Shown here one piece after another: positions 21,443 through 31,095 of a DNA stretch of 64,000 nt. Every line of letters starts with the position of its first letter. The first letter of the stretch is position 1. This DNA is from Nitrospirota bacterium (lineage in GTDB: Bacteria; Nitrospirota; UBA9217). A program made the position numbers and the translations under genes. The stretch covers positions 640,001 through 704,000 of the forward strand of contig CAWJQQ010000009.1 in assembly GCA_963845065.1 (NCBI GenBank), read 5' to 3'. The notes below the pieces were generated by a model. That model worked only from the letters and a program-made list of their open reading frames with translations. It was not told the origin of the DNA and did no database searches.

Positions 21443-21722
21443 ACACGCGCCAGGCTCTAGCAGCCTGGTCGGGTGCAAACCTGCTCCTGGAACGGGCGGT
21501 GTTGAGGCTGCAACAGGAAGCGGCGATAGGTCGGATTCATCCGGCCAGCTTCCGTCTCGCGCGAGCAATGAAGGTAAGTACAAGCGCAGACCGGAGACAG
21601 AGCAGCTCGCCCGTCAAAGACGGATCAACGACAGTTGAGGCTGGCAATGTTTGCGTTGTTGCCAGAGAGACTGTCGGTATTGCCGTCAGAACCCCCTAGT
21701 TTTAACTATGGGGAGTGGTTAG
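21443..21722 (+). ncRNA. Stand-alone TnpB omegaRNA/right-end-like region
   Basis: Colinear homology to 46587-46858 (GGGTGCAAACCTGCTCCTGGAACGGGCGGTGTTGAGG; GGATTCATCCGGCCAGCTTC; CCGGAGACAGAG; terminal hairpin); no tnpB upstream. Confidence 0.75.
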
Positions 21723-22331
21723 AGTTGCGCTTTAGTTAAGGGACGTGAGCGTTGAACCACTCGATACCAGAGAAACCGTATAGAGGACGTTCGATACGCC
21801 ACCAAAGCTAGGCACAGCCGACGCTTTACTCGTCATAATATAATGTGGCCGACACTGCCGTCAAGAAATCGCAATATTCGAGAGTGCGGATCCGGTTGAT
21901 TCCGACGTTATTGTTTCCGAAATGATGTACGCCGCAAGCCGATTTAGAACGTCCTCCACATACAGAAAAAACGACTTCAGCTAAACAGAGAAAACAAAAC
22001 CATACGTCATCTCTTAACTACAAAAGCTGCTTTAGAAGAGGAAGGATCATGTGCCTTTGGTTTCAGGAAGACTGCAGGTCAGATCTCCGGTTTTACTATC
22101 GGCATGTTATAATAAATACAGGTCAGCACCGCTACCGATGCTCGCAGATAAGTAAACTTCATTTTTCAGAAGGCTATTCTGGAATCGACAAAAAAAACGC
22201 AAGAAAGAGAGATCGTGAGGCGACAACCTCCTAAAACATAACGAATGTGTTAACGAGCAAGGTAGTTGTTTAAGCAAAAAAAAAATAAGGTGAAACAAAA
22301 CCAAGCAACTTCAATCTCATAATGTGAGCAA

Positions 22332-23360
22332 ATGGAAAAAAATTGTTTTGCCGTAGGGTCGGGTTATATGAATTTAAAAAACAATATAAAGACGGGAAAT
22401 ATGAAACGAATGAAAAAAATGCCAAATATTTTCGTCGTGATATTTGTTAGTACTGTATTTTCCTTTTTGCCGTCGTACGCAGGAGCCACCGCGGATTCAA
22501 ATTTTCTCGTGGACGCAGGGTGGCTTGCCTCCGGTATGCATAAGGTGGTTATAGTGGACGCAAGGGACAACGGTGACTACCTGAAGGGACACATCGCCGG
22601 AGCAATAAACATTGACGTGAATGACCTCCAGACCAAACCCGATGCCATCATGTTTCCCGTTGCCCAGGTGGAAAAAATACTCGGGGAGAAAGGCCTTGAT
22701 ATAAACAGCGATGTGGTTTTATACGCAGCCGGACGGGAAATGGCATATCTAGAATTCTGGATGTTAGATTATCTAGGGATGCACAGGCTCCATGTCTTAA
22801 ACGGGGGCATAGAAGAATGGAAAGGGGAGCTTTCAACCGAGGAGGTGAAACTTCCATCTACCGTATTCAAAGCAAAGCCCGATCTCTCAAAATACGCTAC
22901 AACCGATTATGCTCGAGAACACCTCAAGAAACCGGGCGTTACACTTCTGGACGTCCGTACTGCCGGTGAATATCAAGGGACGGATGTAAGGTCGTTATGG
23001 GGTGGGCATATTCCCGGTGCTGTAAACCTGAACTACCAAGAGAACTTCCAGAGCGATACGACGAATCTTAAATCCATTGAAGAATTAAAAAAGATCTACG
23101 CTAAAGTGGATCGTCAAAAGGAGGTAATTGCTTATTGCCAAACTGGCACCAGAGCGGCAAATTCCTATTTTGTGCTGAGGGAACCAGGATTCACGAAGGT
23201 TAGGGTGTATGATGCGTCATGGATTGAATGGGGAAGTAACCTTAGCTTGCCCGCAGATAATGTAAGCTACTTTAACTTTGTTTCCATCCTGAATTCAATT
23301 AAAACACTGCAAAGTGAATTAACGGATATCGAGGAAAAGCAGGCGACAAGTGAGAAATAA
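22332..23360 (+). CDS. Exported tandem-rhodanese sulfurtransferase
   Basis: VDAR..DY.KGHIAGA, LLDVR..EY, GHIPGA, YCQTGTRA active-site loop, YDASWIEW; signal peptide (true start probably ~22410). Confidence 0.9.
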   Translation: MEKNCFAVGSGYMNLKNNIKTGNMKRMKKMPNIFVVIFVSTVFSFLPSYAGATADSNFLVDAGWLASGMHKVVIVDARDNGDYLKGHIAGAINIDVNDLQTKPDAIMFPVAQVEKILGEKGLDINSDVVLYAAGREMAYLEFWMLDYLGMHRLHVLNGGIEEWKGELSTEEVKLPSTVFKAKPDLSKYATTDYAREHLKKPGVTLLDVRTAGEYQGTDVRSLWGGHIPGAVNLNYQENFQSDTTNLKSIEELKKIYAKVDRQKEVIAYCQTGTRAANSYFVLREPGFTKVRVYDASWIEWGSNLSLPADNVSYFNFVSILNSIKTLQSELTDIEEKQATSEK

Positions 23361-23633
23361 CAAAAAGTAGATCGGGTTGAGTATTGAATTTATATGGTCC
23401 GGAGGAGATGGTTTTGAAATCCCGCCTCTCCGGGCTCTAATTTCCATTAGGTGCATTTTTTGCGTACTACAGGAATATTTCTTGAATGTAAGAAATTCAA
23501 GAGGGGATCTACGCCAGGTCGATGATCCTGACCACCGTTCAACATTTAAAAGTTCATATTTCTTGAACCCAGAAATATTTTGACGTTTAATGTCTCTTTC
23601 GCACTAGATCGAGCGGAACTACCGGTAAAATAG

Positions 23634-23990
23634 TCAATTACAGTTATTTTTGTTCAACGCACCGTCCTTTATCCAAGAGGGATCTCTTTTGTCTGAGAAC
23701 TTTATCTTTAGCATCTTGATTCGTTCAACCTCTCCAAAACCTGAACCTTGACATTCTCCGTGAGTCGCAAAACTTCCACTCTTCATGAGGTCGGCAAGTT
23801 TATCCATGTTGCCTAATTCTTCAAACCGGAACGCTTCATTTAATGCCTCCCGGATAGAAACGGCTAATGCACCTTCTTTTGAATTATAAAACTCGTCTGC
23901 CTGGCATGCAGAAGCTGTTTCATAGACTGAGAAAACGATCACAACGCAAGCAACAAATAAAGTGATCCTTTTTGTTATTTGATTCATCAT
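23634..23990 (-). CDS. Exported hypothetical protein, possibly degraded
   Basis: Signal peptide-like N-terminus; no recognised family. Confidence 0.4.
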   Translation of the reverse strand: MMNQITKRITLFVACVVIVFSVYETASACQADEFYNSKEGALAVSIREALNEAFRFEELGNMDKLADLMKSGSFATHGECQGSGFGEVERIKMLKIKFSDKRDPSWIKDGALNKNNCN

Positions 23991-24014
23991 TGCCCTACGT
24001 GTACGATAGCCTAT

Positions 24015-25019
24015 CTATTTCAGAAAATCTCCAAATATATTTTCCCCATGATCAAGCACTTGATGAAGCAGATACATTTCTCCCTTTCCATAGGCAGGGT
24101 TATTCTCACGCCATTTCTCCAGATGTTCCTGGGAGCAAAAGAAGTTCATGAACGGACAAAAGGTCTTTGCGGTACATCCGCATTGTTCCCCGCTGCTGAC
24201 GAATTCGATGACGCCTTCAGGAAGACAGGAGACAACCCTACCGTCCTTCACTTCAATCTTAATTTCGTTTTCGCACTCAGGACAACGAGAATGGACGGAA
24301 ATGTTCTCACGGAGCATGAAATGGATGCCAAGGGCGTCTGTAGCGCAGAGGGCATACACCTCATGCCCGTCCTGAAAGATAACTTTATGGCGGGTTGCTT
24401 TAGCGGAGAAGGGATACGCTGAAATAATTTCACTGCCTTCCATCGTCAGGATATCCGCATTATGCAGTTTTACGACGAAGCGGTGAACTGATTCGAGGGT
24501 AGTAAATTTCATTGCCTTGGTGATTGTTTTCTCGGATGGGGGCTTGCCAGTCCTTGCAAACACCTTTAGAATATATTTGCGCGTCTCTTCTTCCGATTGA
24601 CTCAGGTACGCTTCCCTCACTCTTCCTTTAACCGTTTCCCCGATTTGTTCCATGAGGCCTGTCAAAACGGTCTTACCTTTATAGGATGTGCTCTCCGTTC
24701 TGCAGTTCCCATCCTTCAGCGCTTTTCGCAGCGTATCAACCGATGGGACATTTACGAGTCTGCCCGACTCGTCCCTGAACATCCTTCAGGAAAAACTGGC
24801 AGTACCCTGCGGCTGCAATTCCTTTCCGTCAAAAAAAACGGATGGCGATCCGCTGAGTCTAAGTTTTGCCGCTTTTTCAACGCTGATTCGATAAATGCCT
24901 ACTTCAGCATGAATCTTTTCGGCTTCTATAGCGCGGGCGATGTTCTCTTGTAACGCTTCCTCGGAACCGCATCCTTGTGATATATAACAGTCGATTTTCA
25001 CGCTCATCCCACTTGCCAT
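24015..25019 (-). CDS. merB: Putative selenoprotein: thioredoxin-like domain fused through in-frame UGA to an organomercurial-lyase (MerB)-like domain
   Basis: ORFs 24786-25019 and 24015-24782 are in frame, separated by TGA AGG; MerB motifs AYPFS, YALCATDALG, SRCPEC, FCPFMNFF; Trx-like GSPSVFFDG...SFS-U-RMF. Confidence 0.85.
24745..24775 (-). promoter_or_regulatory. Candidate bacterial SECIS hairpin
   Basis: mRNA GGG-ACGAGUC-GGGCA-GACUCGU-AAAUGU-CCC: 7-bp perfect stem with a G-initial loop 21 nt after the UGA at 24786-24788. Confidence 0.75.
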
Positions 25020-25216
25020 GTTCAGTTTAGAAAAATATGCTTAACATCGAATCTGAAGCATTCTCGAGTTTAGGTATGAAGAAAAAGCGCCGCCTGTATT
25101 AACGAACCAAGAAGCATCATTCGTAAGGGCGGTAGTTCACTGCTGATAAGAGATGTAGCAGCACCTGCCGATAAAACCAGCAGTTGACGGTGGACTGTTC
25201 TGCGCAGTTTCTAAGG

Positions 25217-27502
25217 TCAGTAGGCGTAGTAGGGTCCGGTGCCCAGATTCGATACTTGACCTTCAATTCCCATATAAATGCTTTGTCCGAAATAGAACGG
25301 CAGCCCCCAGTCGAAAAAATCCTCGGATGCAGGTACAGAGCCCCCGATATTAGAGAATACCTGGTTGGACGAATTTGTGAGGCTGTCGAAATTGCCGATT
25401 TGGAAGGAAACATTATTGATCGGGGTTCCTAAATACCCTTTATTCTCAGCGGACAGGGTTGTTGTGGACGCGGGACAGAACCAGCCTTGATTATCGCTGC
25501 ATTGGGGCAGCTGACTAGATGACGCGGTGAAAAAAAGGCCATTAGACCCGCTGTCTAAGATGCTGCCATAAGATATGCCGTTAAAGACAGTCAACATTTC
25601 CTCGTAGTCTTCGTCCTTTATATTGTTGTCAACGCTATACATCGTAGCCCCGCTGGACGCATTATTCGAACGTGTATCGATCCCGAGTACAAGGGTGCCA
25701 TTGACTGAGAGTGATCCACTTGATGGAACGGTCGGCAGCTGGACAATCACACCGTTGCTGTCCGTAGGGAGACTTACGACAGGATTTGAAACCTGATTAG
25801 AAAGAGGAGCCGTAGTTGGGTTGCAAACCGTCCCACTGCACGAGTAGTAGATTCCGATTAAGTTGCTGCTTACGCATGACGGACCGCAGTCCTGGTCAAA
25901 GAGGCCGATGCCGAGGATGCCGCTAAATCCCGCATCTGTCGGGTTTAGGTCAGGTGTAGTACTACATGCCTCAGGCACGGTGCCGAACGTAGCATCAATG
26001 ACCTGGATCGGAACGTCAACTGCGGGCTCATTCCCCAGGATCACACCCGCCAATTTGACCGGTCCCCAGTCAGCCGAGCCATCAGCGAACTGGGCGCAGT
26101 TAGTAAGCAAACCAGTACCACTTGCTATCGTTTGCAGAGAAACGGTCAATACTTGCTGGAAGATCCGCAAACCGTAGCTTCCAGTATCGAGAAGAATGTC
26201 GTTAATAGTCTGACAGGCAGTAGTGGAGCCAGGTGTACAGATCGTAACACTGACGCAAGGTTTGTTGATATAACTGGCGGAAGTGATGGACGAGCAGAGC
26301 GAGCCGTTCACAGTGATGGGCATCACATTAATGACGGCGACTGTCAGCGTTGTAGATCCTGATACGTTTCCTAACGTAGCTGTCATCGTCGTACTGCCTG
26401 TGGAAACCGAAGTGGCCAGTCCATTGGAGCCTGCAGCATTGCTGATGGTAGCTACAGACGGGGTTGATGAACTCCAGGTTGTTGACGCTGTAATGTCCTG
26501 AGTAGTGCTGTCCGAGTAAGTTCCGGTGGCAGTAAACTGCTGTATTGAACCAAGAGCGATGGTTGGGTTGGTCGGTTTCACCAAAATGGATACGAGCACT
26601 ACCGGAGTAACTGTCAGCGTCGCAGAGCTCGTAACGCCTTCTGACGTAGCTGTAAGCGTCGTGGTGCCTGTGGAAACCGAAGTGGCCAGTCCATTGGACC
26701 CTGCAGCATTGCTGATGGTGGCAACAGTTGTGGATGATGAACTCCAGATTGCAGATACCGTTACGTTTTGCGTCGTATTGTCGGAGAAAGTTCCCGTTGC
26801 AGTAAATTGCAGCATCGTGCCTAAGGCAATGCTTGGATTGATCGGTGTGACAGCAATTGATACGAGCGTTGCTGATGTCACCGTCAACTGGGTGGTTCTC
26901 GATATGTTTGTTGCCGGGTCGGTTGCTGTGATTGTAGTCGAGCCAGTTGCTACTGATGTGGCCAACCCTTTGGATTCTGTAGCATTGCTGATGGTACAAA
27001 CAGTTGTAGACGATGAACTCCAGATAGCAGATGTTGTCAAGTTTTGTGTCGTATTGTCGGAAAAAAATCCCATGGCTGTAAATTGCTGCGTTGTGTCAGG
27101 GGCAATACGCGGGTTGGTCGGCGTAACCGAAATGAATATGAGCACTGCTGGAGTAACTTTCAGTGTTGTAGAACCCGATACGCTTCCTGATGTTGCCGTG
27201 ATCGTGGCTAGGCCTGTTGCCACCGACGTGGCCGTACCATTGGATCCTGCTGCATTACTGATGGTAGCAACATTCGTGGACGATGAACTCCAGATAGCAG
27301 ATGTCGTCAAGTTTTGCGTCGTATTGTCTGAATAAGTTCCCGTGGCAGTAAATTGCTGACTCGTGCCATTGGCAATGCTTGGATTGGTCGGCGTTACCGT
27401 GATAGATACAAGCGTTGGCGCACTCGACCCTCCGCCCGAAACCCCACAACCAGCCAGCAGTATAATGATCAGCAAAAGCAGCGGTGCTCTATTTGATTTC
27501 AC
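25217..27502 (-). CDS. DUF3443-family lipoprotein with four N-terminal Big_2 (Ig-like) repeats
   Basis: Lipobox LAGC; 4x LVSI.VTP.NP.IA.G..QQFTATG..SD..TQ..T..A.WSSS; NKPCVSVTICTPG, LLDTGSYGLRI, ILDSGSNG, FDWGLPFYFG. Confidence 0.9.
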   Translation of the reverse strand: MKSNRAPLLLLIIILLAGCGVSGGGSSAPTLVSITVTPTNPSIANGTSQQFTATGTYSDNTTQNLTTSAIWSSSSTNVATISNAAGSNGTATSVATGLATITATSGSVSGSTTLKVTPAVLIFISVTPTNPRIAPDTTQQFTAMGFFSDNTTQNLTTSAIWSSSSTTVCTISNATESKGLATSVATGSTTITATDPATNISRTTQLTVTSATLVSIAVTPINPSIALGTMLQFTATGTFSDNTTQNVTVSAIWSSSSTTVATISNAAGSNGLATSVSTGTTTLTATSEGVTSSATLTVTPVVLVSILVKPTNPTIALGSIQQFTATGTYSDSTTQDITASTTWSSSTPSVATISNAAGSNGLATSVSTGSTTMTATLGNVSGSTTLTVAVINVMPITVNGSLCSSITSASYINKPCVSVTICTPGSTTACQTINDILLDTGSYGLRIFQQVLTVSLQTIASGTGLLTNCAQFADGSADWGPVKLAGVILGNEPAVDVPIQVIDATFGTVPEACSTTPDLNPTDAGFSGILGIGLFDQDCGPSCVSSNLIGIYYSCSGTVCNPTTAPLSNQVSNPVVSLPTDSNGVIVQLPTVPSSGSLSVNGTLVLGIDTRSNNASSGATMYSVDNNIKDEDYEEMLTVFNGISYGSILDSGSNGLFFTASSSQLPQCSDNQGWFCPASTTTLSAENKGYLGTPINNVSFQIGNFDSLTNSSNQVFSNIGGSVPASEDFFDWGLPFYFGQSIYMGIEGQVSNLGTGPYYAY
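26335..27420 (-). repeat. Four ~270-bp intragenic Ig-like repeats
   Basis: Near-identical nucleotide blocks, e.g. GTGGAAACCGAAGTGGCCAGTCCATTGGA at ~26400 and ~26670. Confidence 0.85.
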
Positions 27503-27962
27503 TGACTGTAACTCCTTGCGGGATCAATGCAGGCGTATAGGCGCGGCCCTGGAGGTTCCGCATATGTCCCCATTTCTCCACAACGATGCGGTCAGTTTTA
27601 ATCTGCTGGGATCTTTGGCCGTGCATGCGGGGCGCTCTGCGCTGCGCTTCCTGGTATTCATTAGCGTAGGAACCGAGTAGCTGCGTCAGGTCAGGGAAAA
27701 CCAAACCGTTCCAGGCAACGCCGAATACGATGCCCGATGATGAAATATATTCTCTAACAGTAACCGCATCGGACTCAATTTGCTGTACGGTATAGTTTGC
27801 ATGGGTCATTGTCGTCGCGTTACGCGTGGCCGAGAGGGCCTTTCGGTCAACCATCACCGAATCTGCGGCCTCTCCAAGAGTGGCTCGAGCTGAAGGGGCT
27901 GTTGCTAGTGCGGACCCTATCAGAATCACGCCAAGAACCGCATAATAGATTATATATTTCAT
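27489..27962 (-). CDS. DUF2844-family exported protein
   Basis: ATLG, TVREY...G.VFGVAWNG..PDL.QLLG.Y, GHMRNLQGRAY.P. Confidence 0.9.
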   Translation of the reverse strand: MKYIIYYAVLGVILIGSALATAPSARATLGEAADSVMVDRKALSATRNATTMTHANYTVQQIESDAVTVREYISSSGIVFGVAWNGLVFPDLTQLLGSYANEYQEAQRRAPRMHGQRSQQIKTDRIVVEKWGHMRNLQGRAYTPALIPQGVTVSEIK

Positions 27963-28339
27963 AATGAGTTGGCCTTTCCTGCTTGTATTGATATCTAAAG
28001 CAGACGTACAATCACCGTTAGGATCACTGTGCTTTCTGGACTTACCTTCGTTAACGATGCCATATCCCCCGTTCGTTTCTTCCCAATAATACGATTTTTA
28101 TCGACAAGAATTCAATATAATTTTTTGGAAGGGAGGTCAACAGTTAACTCTTTCAGTCTTATTTTTTACGTTAGCGTATCCGAAATCCCCTTCTGCTTCG
28201 GTGATTCGATCTTATCACCGGAACAAAACTCCTGGAAAGTAATGAGAAACCGCAGTCTCTTCTCAAAGTTGTTTGACAAGCCAAAACGGGCAAGACCGGC
28301 CATTTGAAGTACACCGTTCCACGGTTCCTGATTCTACTG

Positions 28340-29176
28340 TGAAGTTCATTACGTTTTGATTCGAGGGATCGGCTATCAGACGACGATCGTGAAAAAGTGT
28401 ACCTGTAACCAGGGGTACAACCTCTACATTCAACCTGGCACAGTTACCGATCATTACCTTGACAACCGGCACGGATTATGTTTCGAGTGCAACGATAACT
28501 TCTACGAAGTCCTGGGTAGACTTCCATCAGACCCTGCCTGCAGCAGGAGAGGTGCCGTATGAGATATGGTTCAGGCATTTTAATCCTCTCACTGGAGTTT
28601 TCAGTGGGTTTAAGTTGTCGAACAGTCAAGTGCAATTGGGAGTATACAGCAGCACTATTACGCTTAATGCCGTCACTTCTCGTGAGGGCATTGGCGGTTA
28701 CCAAGTCGTCGCAGGAGCTGATGCAGAATTATATGTCCCGAGTGCATTTCCCGGGTACTCATATCCAAATATCACTTCTTTTTCCACTAATACCGCTTTT
28801 GATACCCTTACGGTGGTATCACCCTGGGCTGGAAACACTGTTACTGGTGTGATATCTATGTCGAGCACCACTGCGATGGGCAGTGAGATGGATACAGGTG
28901 TCGTATTTGCCGTGAATGGGGGGCTTGATTGTAGATACCATTAGCACGGGGAGAGGCGATTTGCCGCTATCAGATGTCAGCACTGGCGGAACCTATACCA
29001 TTTCGAATCTTCCGGGAGGTACTATGGCAGATCCCATGCCATCAGCATATTATGGCGTTGATGCCTCGCATTGGTCCTCTACGTCATCAACCTATGAAGC
29101 GATTACAGTATCCCAGGTTGTTGATCTGCGCAGTGGGAATGATACAGAGAATCTACAAATGATTCCCCTTTGGTAG
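28340..29176 (+). pseudogene. Frameshifted Ser/Thr-rich exported protein (resembles DUF4382-type C-terminal region)
   Basis: Pieces in three frames: VLIRGIGYQTTIVK / VPVTRGTT..GEVPYEI / NGGLIVDTI..GGTYTISNLPGG. Confidence 0.5.
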
Positions 29177-29196
29177 TACATCTTTTCTATTGAATT

Positions 29197-29232
29197 GAGG
29201 TCTTCCCGATACGGAAGACCTCTCTTTATTTT
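29197..29232 (+). terminator. Rho-independent terminator
   Basis: GAGGTCTTCC-CGATAC-GGAAGACCTC followed by a T-rich tract. Confidence 0.7.
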
Positions 29233-29749
29233 CAGTATAGTGTGGATTGATAATTCATGTGCAGATCTTTTAGCAATAGAGCTCGTAAAATCAAATAGTA
29301 TCAGATTTGCGATGTTATTTGTTTATTCATGCAGGGACTGCTGAGGGCCAGCTGTGCTCAGTGTGAGGAACAGCATGCTCCTGATCACGTTCTCGGAGAA
29401 TGCGGTACTCCATCATAAGACAAAAATGTAGGAACGAGGCAAGCATGCCGACTGCACCCAGGACTTTTGAGATTGTAGGCATTTCAGGCATATTTCAGCG
29501 CACCGGTTTGATGTCAATCCCCTATGTCGTCGTAAGCGACGGCCAGGATGGGAGGTCATGCAATAGGGCTAAGATAATCATCTGCGCATGACGAAATATA
29601 AGTTGAAGAACACGATGTTGAACGCCCAGAATGGATGTCGCCACATGTAGGGTATAATTTCTTTCCCCGCCGATGTGTCACTATCCTTTCCTGGGAGATT
29701 AGCTGTGCTTTTGTCCCTCGGGAGCGCAGTGGCTTGCCTACACGGGGAC

Positions 29750-31024
29750 TTATGTCTTCCGTCGTTCATCTCGTATCGTGTGTTCGAGTACGTCGATCGC
29801 ACGCATCAACTGCTGGTCCCGAGAGGCGCGTAGCTCCGCACTTGTAATGCCGTCTTCTGCTGCCGGAACGAGCGGCGAGGCGTGGCCAGGAAGAGGAACG
29901 GGCACATCGGGTGTGATGCCTTTGTGCCAGATAGTCCGTCCCTTCGGAGTAAGCCATTCCATGACGGCGAGCATCACCGCCGAGCCATCAGAAAGTGGAA
30001 TGTCGTTCAAGACGGTCCCTGTGCCGAACGTGGTTTCACCCACGATGGTTGCGCGCCCTGCATCCTGGAGTGCGCCTGCGACGATCTCAGAAGCGCTGGC
30101 AGTTCCGATGTTGATCAGGACGACCATGGGCAAATCGCACTTCCTCGTTCCCGAAGTTATTGGCACCATGCGAATATCTCCTTTGGCGTTCTTTTCCTGC
30201 AGCACTGGACCCGTCTTGAGAAATTGGCTGGCAACACCCACCGCCATATCCAACAGTCCGCCAGGGTCGTTCCGGAGGTCAAGAACCAGACCTGTTGCCC
30301 CGCGCTGCTCGATATAGGAAAGCACTCCTTCCATGTCATAGGACGTTCCCTTGCTGAAAAGAGCGATCCGTAGATGCGCGATGGTCGTTCCCGGCAGCAT
30401 ATGCCACGTCACGCTTCGGATGGAAATATTCGCACGCGTGATGACGATCTCCTTCATCTTCTCTGTTTTGGGGTCCCTGATCGTCAGTGTCACGCGGGAA
30501 CCAGCCGGGCCGAGAATTTTTCGGACCGTTTCCTGGAGTGATAGTCCTGCCGTGTCGATGCCGTCTACCTTGACTATAATGTCGCCGGGGTGGAGGCCTG
30601 CTTTTTGCGCTGGCGTTCCGTCCATTGGCGCCACGATCACGATCTGATTGTCCTTCTTCTGGACTTCCGCTCCGATTCCCGCAAATTTTCCCTGCTCGAT
30701 CGTTTGCTCAGCCTGCACCATCTCGGGATTCAGAAAAGAGCTGTGGCCCGTATCTCCTAGGGAGTTCACCATGCCTGTGATTGCACCGTAGGCCATCGAC
30801 CGGGGCTTCACGCTGGCTCGGTCAACGTAGTTCTCATCGATTGCGTTCCAAGCCTCAGCCATTAGCTTGAAGTCGGGCATCGCATTCTTCGATATGACGG
30901 AGGATGGAACGGGATCGAAAATGATATAGTGCTGCATTGCCACGCCGGCAAGCAGCCCGATAAGAAACGGCAGCAGCCAAGCCACAACGCCGCGGGAATT
31001 ATTCATGGGGACCCTCGCAATCAT
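29750..31024 (-). CDS. ctpA: S41A carboxyl-terminal processing protease (PDZ)
   Basis: FAGIGA, DLRNDPGG, TASASEI, GETTFG.G, WLTPKG..I...GI.PD. Confidence 0.9.
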   Translation of the reverse strand: MIARVPMNNSRGVVAWLLPFLIGLLAGVAMQHYIIFDPVPSSVISKNAMPDFKLMAEAWNAIDENYVDRASVKPRSMAYGAITGMVNSLGDTGHSSFLNPEMVQAEQTIEQGKFAGIGAEVQKKDNQIVIVAPMDGTPAQKAGLHPGDIIVKVDGIDTAGLSLQETVRKILGPAGSRVTLTIRDPKTEKMKEIVITRANISIRSVTWHMLPGTTIAHLRIALFSKGTSYDMEGVLSYIEQRGATGLVLDLRNDPGGLLDMAVGVASQFLKTGPVLQEKNAKGDIRMVPITSGTRKCDLPMVVLINIGTASASEIVAGALQDAGRATIVGETTFGTGTVLNDIPLSDGSAVMLAVMEWLTPKGRTIWHKGITPDVPVPLPGHASPLVPAAEDGITSAELRASRDQQLMRAIDVLEHTIRDERRKT

Positions 31025-31095
31025 TCATTATTTCATTTCCACGGATACCTTTCATTCTTTGTGCAAATCACATCACGGGCCGTACTCGCCCTGGA

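Noticed and set aside
21499..21699. 66-aa ORF as an independent protein (also 46642-46842)
   Set aside because: Corresponds to the TnpB C-terminal tail overlapping the omegaRNA region
26526..27335. 269-aa plus-strand ORF and neighbouring ORFs
   Set aside because: Antisense shadow of the Thr/Ser-rich Ig repeats
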